Shown: positions 62,512 to 64,000 of the stretch, piece after piece
How the letters are laid out: each line of letters opens with the position of its first letter
Position numbering within the stretch: the first letter of the stretch is position 1
Source: Candidatus Bathyarchaeota archaeon
GTDB lineage: Archaea; Thermoproteota; Bathyarchaeia; Bathyarchaeales; Bathycorpusculaceae
Assembly (NCBI GenBank): GCA_963767735.1
Contig: CAVYES010000004.1
Coordinates: 128,001-192,000, forward strand
Reading direction: 5' to 3'
DNA: 64,000 bases
Notes under the pieces: model-generated
Databases searched by the model: none
What the model was told of the DNA's origin: nothing
The model's input: only the letters and a program-made list of their open reading frames with translations
Made by a program: the position numbers and the translations under genes

Positions 62512-62588
62512 TGGGCCGCTTAAAGATTAAACCGACCGGACTTCTGCTTCGGGAAGTAGATACAATGGTTCGATTCCATTGGACGTTT
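62512..62588. other. Degenerate tRNA-like fragment(s)
   Basis: T-arm-like CAATGG-TTCGATT-CCATTG preceded by hairpin TCTGCTT-CGGG-AAGTAGA; no D-arm. Confidence 0.35.
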
Positions 62589-63372
62589 ATCCGAATATTA
62601 CGGTGAATGACGTGCCTTGATCCTTCAAGTTTGAAGCTGTGGCGATTTGGTTATTTTGGCTGTTTTGCATGACGATGTGGTCTTCTGAGAATGTGTTTGG
62701 GGATCCTGTTTTGCCGCCGATTTGCGCTGAGAGATTTGTGAAGGTTACGGTTCCGAAGTCTGCTAACGTGGCTTGTTGATTGTTGACTGTGGGTCTTTCT
62801 ACAATCCAGTCTGCTGTTAGCCGGGAAGAGTTGTATGTGAGGTTTTGTTCGTAACAGTTTTGGGTGAAGCATGCGCCTGTGGTGTCGTCGGCTATTCCGA
62901 TTTGCCAGCTTCGGGTTGTGGCATTGATGAGTGTTATAGATGCTGAGAGTTGGTCACCGGGCGAAATTGTGATGTTTTGTATGGTTACCGCGATGCCGGG
63001 CAGAGCTTCATACCATATACTGTAAACAGCTTGACCTAACAGAGAGTTCTGTTCAGAACCTACTTGGATAAGCGTAGTGTCCAATGCACCGCCGATGCCT
63101 ATCCAGACCGACGAAAATGAGTCAGAATCAGAAATGGCCACCTTCGGCACAGTCCAAGACCCACTCACAGCGTCAACTGTAGGCTGCGGCGACAGGTTAT
63201 TTGCCGATACCGCGTAGCCTGCCCAGTCCAAGCTGACGAAAGTTTGAGTTTGAAGCGACTTGAAATAGGGCCACGCGAATATATCTACCATAACCAGCGA
63301 AAACAAAAGCAAAGCTATCCCAAGCGCTATCAGCAGAATTGTGCGAATTCTCTGTTTTTGTCCATTTCGCAA
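62587..63372 (-). CDS. G1-family glutamic endopeptidase, membrane-anchored
   Basis: WAGY, GSWTVP, WIGIGG, LIQVG, WYE, WIVERP. Confidence 0.85.
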   Translation of the reverse strand: MRNGQKQRIRTILLIALGIALLLFSLVMVDIFAWPYFKSLQTQTFVSLDWAGYAVSANNLSPQPTVDAVSGSWTVPKVAISDSDSFSSVWIGIGGALDTTLIQVGSEQNSLLGQAVYSIWYEALPGIAVTIQNITISPGDQLSASITLINATTRSWQIGIADDTTGACFTQNCYEQNLTYNSSRLTADWIVERPTVNNQQATLADFGTVTFTNLSAQIGGKTGSPNTFSEDHIVMQNSQNNQIATASNLKDQGTSFTVIFG

Positions 63373-63593
63373 TTAACTTGTCTCCTCGACCTTTCGGGGT
63401 ACGCGCCCGACAACTCAAACGTTGACTCACATAGAGCTAATGTCCGAACCATATTTAAGCGCCAATCCCTGAGCTAACTTATTTTTAAAGCGCGATTATA
63501 GGCATAGTTACGACTAATAAAAAAGTCAGGGCTGGTAAGAGATTTACGAAAACTTTTTTATTATCCATTTAATTACTACCTTTTGGTGAGAAT

Positions 63594-63824
63594 TTAAGTA
63601 AGTCTATAACGGTCTCTACAAAGATTCCTAAACAACTTAAAGAAAAAATAGACCGGCTAAAGATTAAACCTTCCAGACTCCTGCGAAAAGCTATCGAAGA
63701 TGAAATAAAAAGAAGAGAAACTGAAGAGCTTAAAGAAGAAATAGATAAATTAAAGCCAATTCTCGAGAAAGTAAACATGGAAGACATAGTGAAAAGCATA
63801 AGAGAAGATAGGGACAGCAGATGA
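63594..63824 (+). CDS. CcdA/VapB-like RHH antitoxin, absent from the ORF track; start codon reads TTA
   Basis: SITVSTKIPKQLKEK..LRKAIEDEI..IREDRDSR*; ATGA overlap with the PIN gene. Confidence 0.75.
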   Translation, partial: LSKSITVSTKIPKQLKEKIDRLKIKPSRLLRKAIEDEIKRRETEELKEEIDKLKPILEKVNMEDIVKSIREDRDSR

Positions 63825-64000
63825 AATACCTGTTTGACGCCTCAGCCATATTTAGAGCTATTAAAGAAAACAAAATTGACCTCTTAACCGGAAACTATAC
63901 ACTAGAACTATCGAGGTACGAGCTGGGAAACATCGTGTGGAAAGACTACTTCTTGCAAGCAAAAATCTCAAAAGAAGAAGCAAAAATGATCGTTAAAACA
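63821..64000 (+). CDS. vapC: VapC PIN toxin (3' end outside the window)
   Basis: MKYLFDASAI..YELGNIVWK. Confidence 0.85.
   Translation, partial: MKYLFDASAIFRAIKENKIDLLTGNYTLELSRYELGNIVWKDYFLQAKISKEEAKMIVKT

Noticed and set aside
63378-63440. GC-rich hairpin upstream of the G1 peptidase, as a riboswitch or tRNA-Met fragment
   Set aside because: Only short pairing (TTGTC/GACAA) and no recognisable family consensus
63569-63799. ORF-track gene on the minus strand
   Set aside because: It is the antisense shadow of the plus-strand antitoxin 63594..63824

Overview
Archaeal chromosomal window, most consistent with Bathyarchaeia (inferred from the PQQ-propeller surface protein, PEF-CTERM cargo, GGAGGTGA Shine-Dalgarno sites, frequent TTG starts and archaeal SRP RNA). 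1-20.5 kb is an eroded accessory region: toxin-antitoxin (TA) pairs and remnants, duplicated GT2 genes, wHTH/PadR regulators, Ig-repeat surface proteins and IS-end scars at (GC)n tracts. About 20.56-42.76 kb is a siphovirus-like HK97-fold provirus or GTA-like module (TerS/TerL, portal, protease, capsid, head-tail proteins, tail tube, -1 frameshifting chaperone, tape measure, Dit, hub) with three antisense cargo genes, no visible integrase or replication genes, and a left end fused into a truncated UDP-glucuronate decarboxylase gene. 43-52 kb holds an epimerase, a complete IS flanked by CGCG, an SPFH protein and a GC-rich katG. 52.6-58.8 kb is cutA plus trpEGDCBA (no trpF); trpE has no in-frame canonical start and sits behind a CTT-TGG leader that could be a tryptophan-sensing +1 frameshift. 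58.9-64 kb holds the SRP RNA, whose 3' 102 bp is duplicated around a RelE cassette, more TA pairs and a G1 glutamic peptidase. All calls come from reading motifs by eye; no database searches were run.
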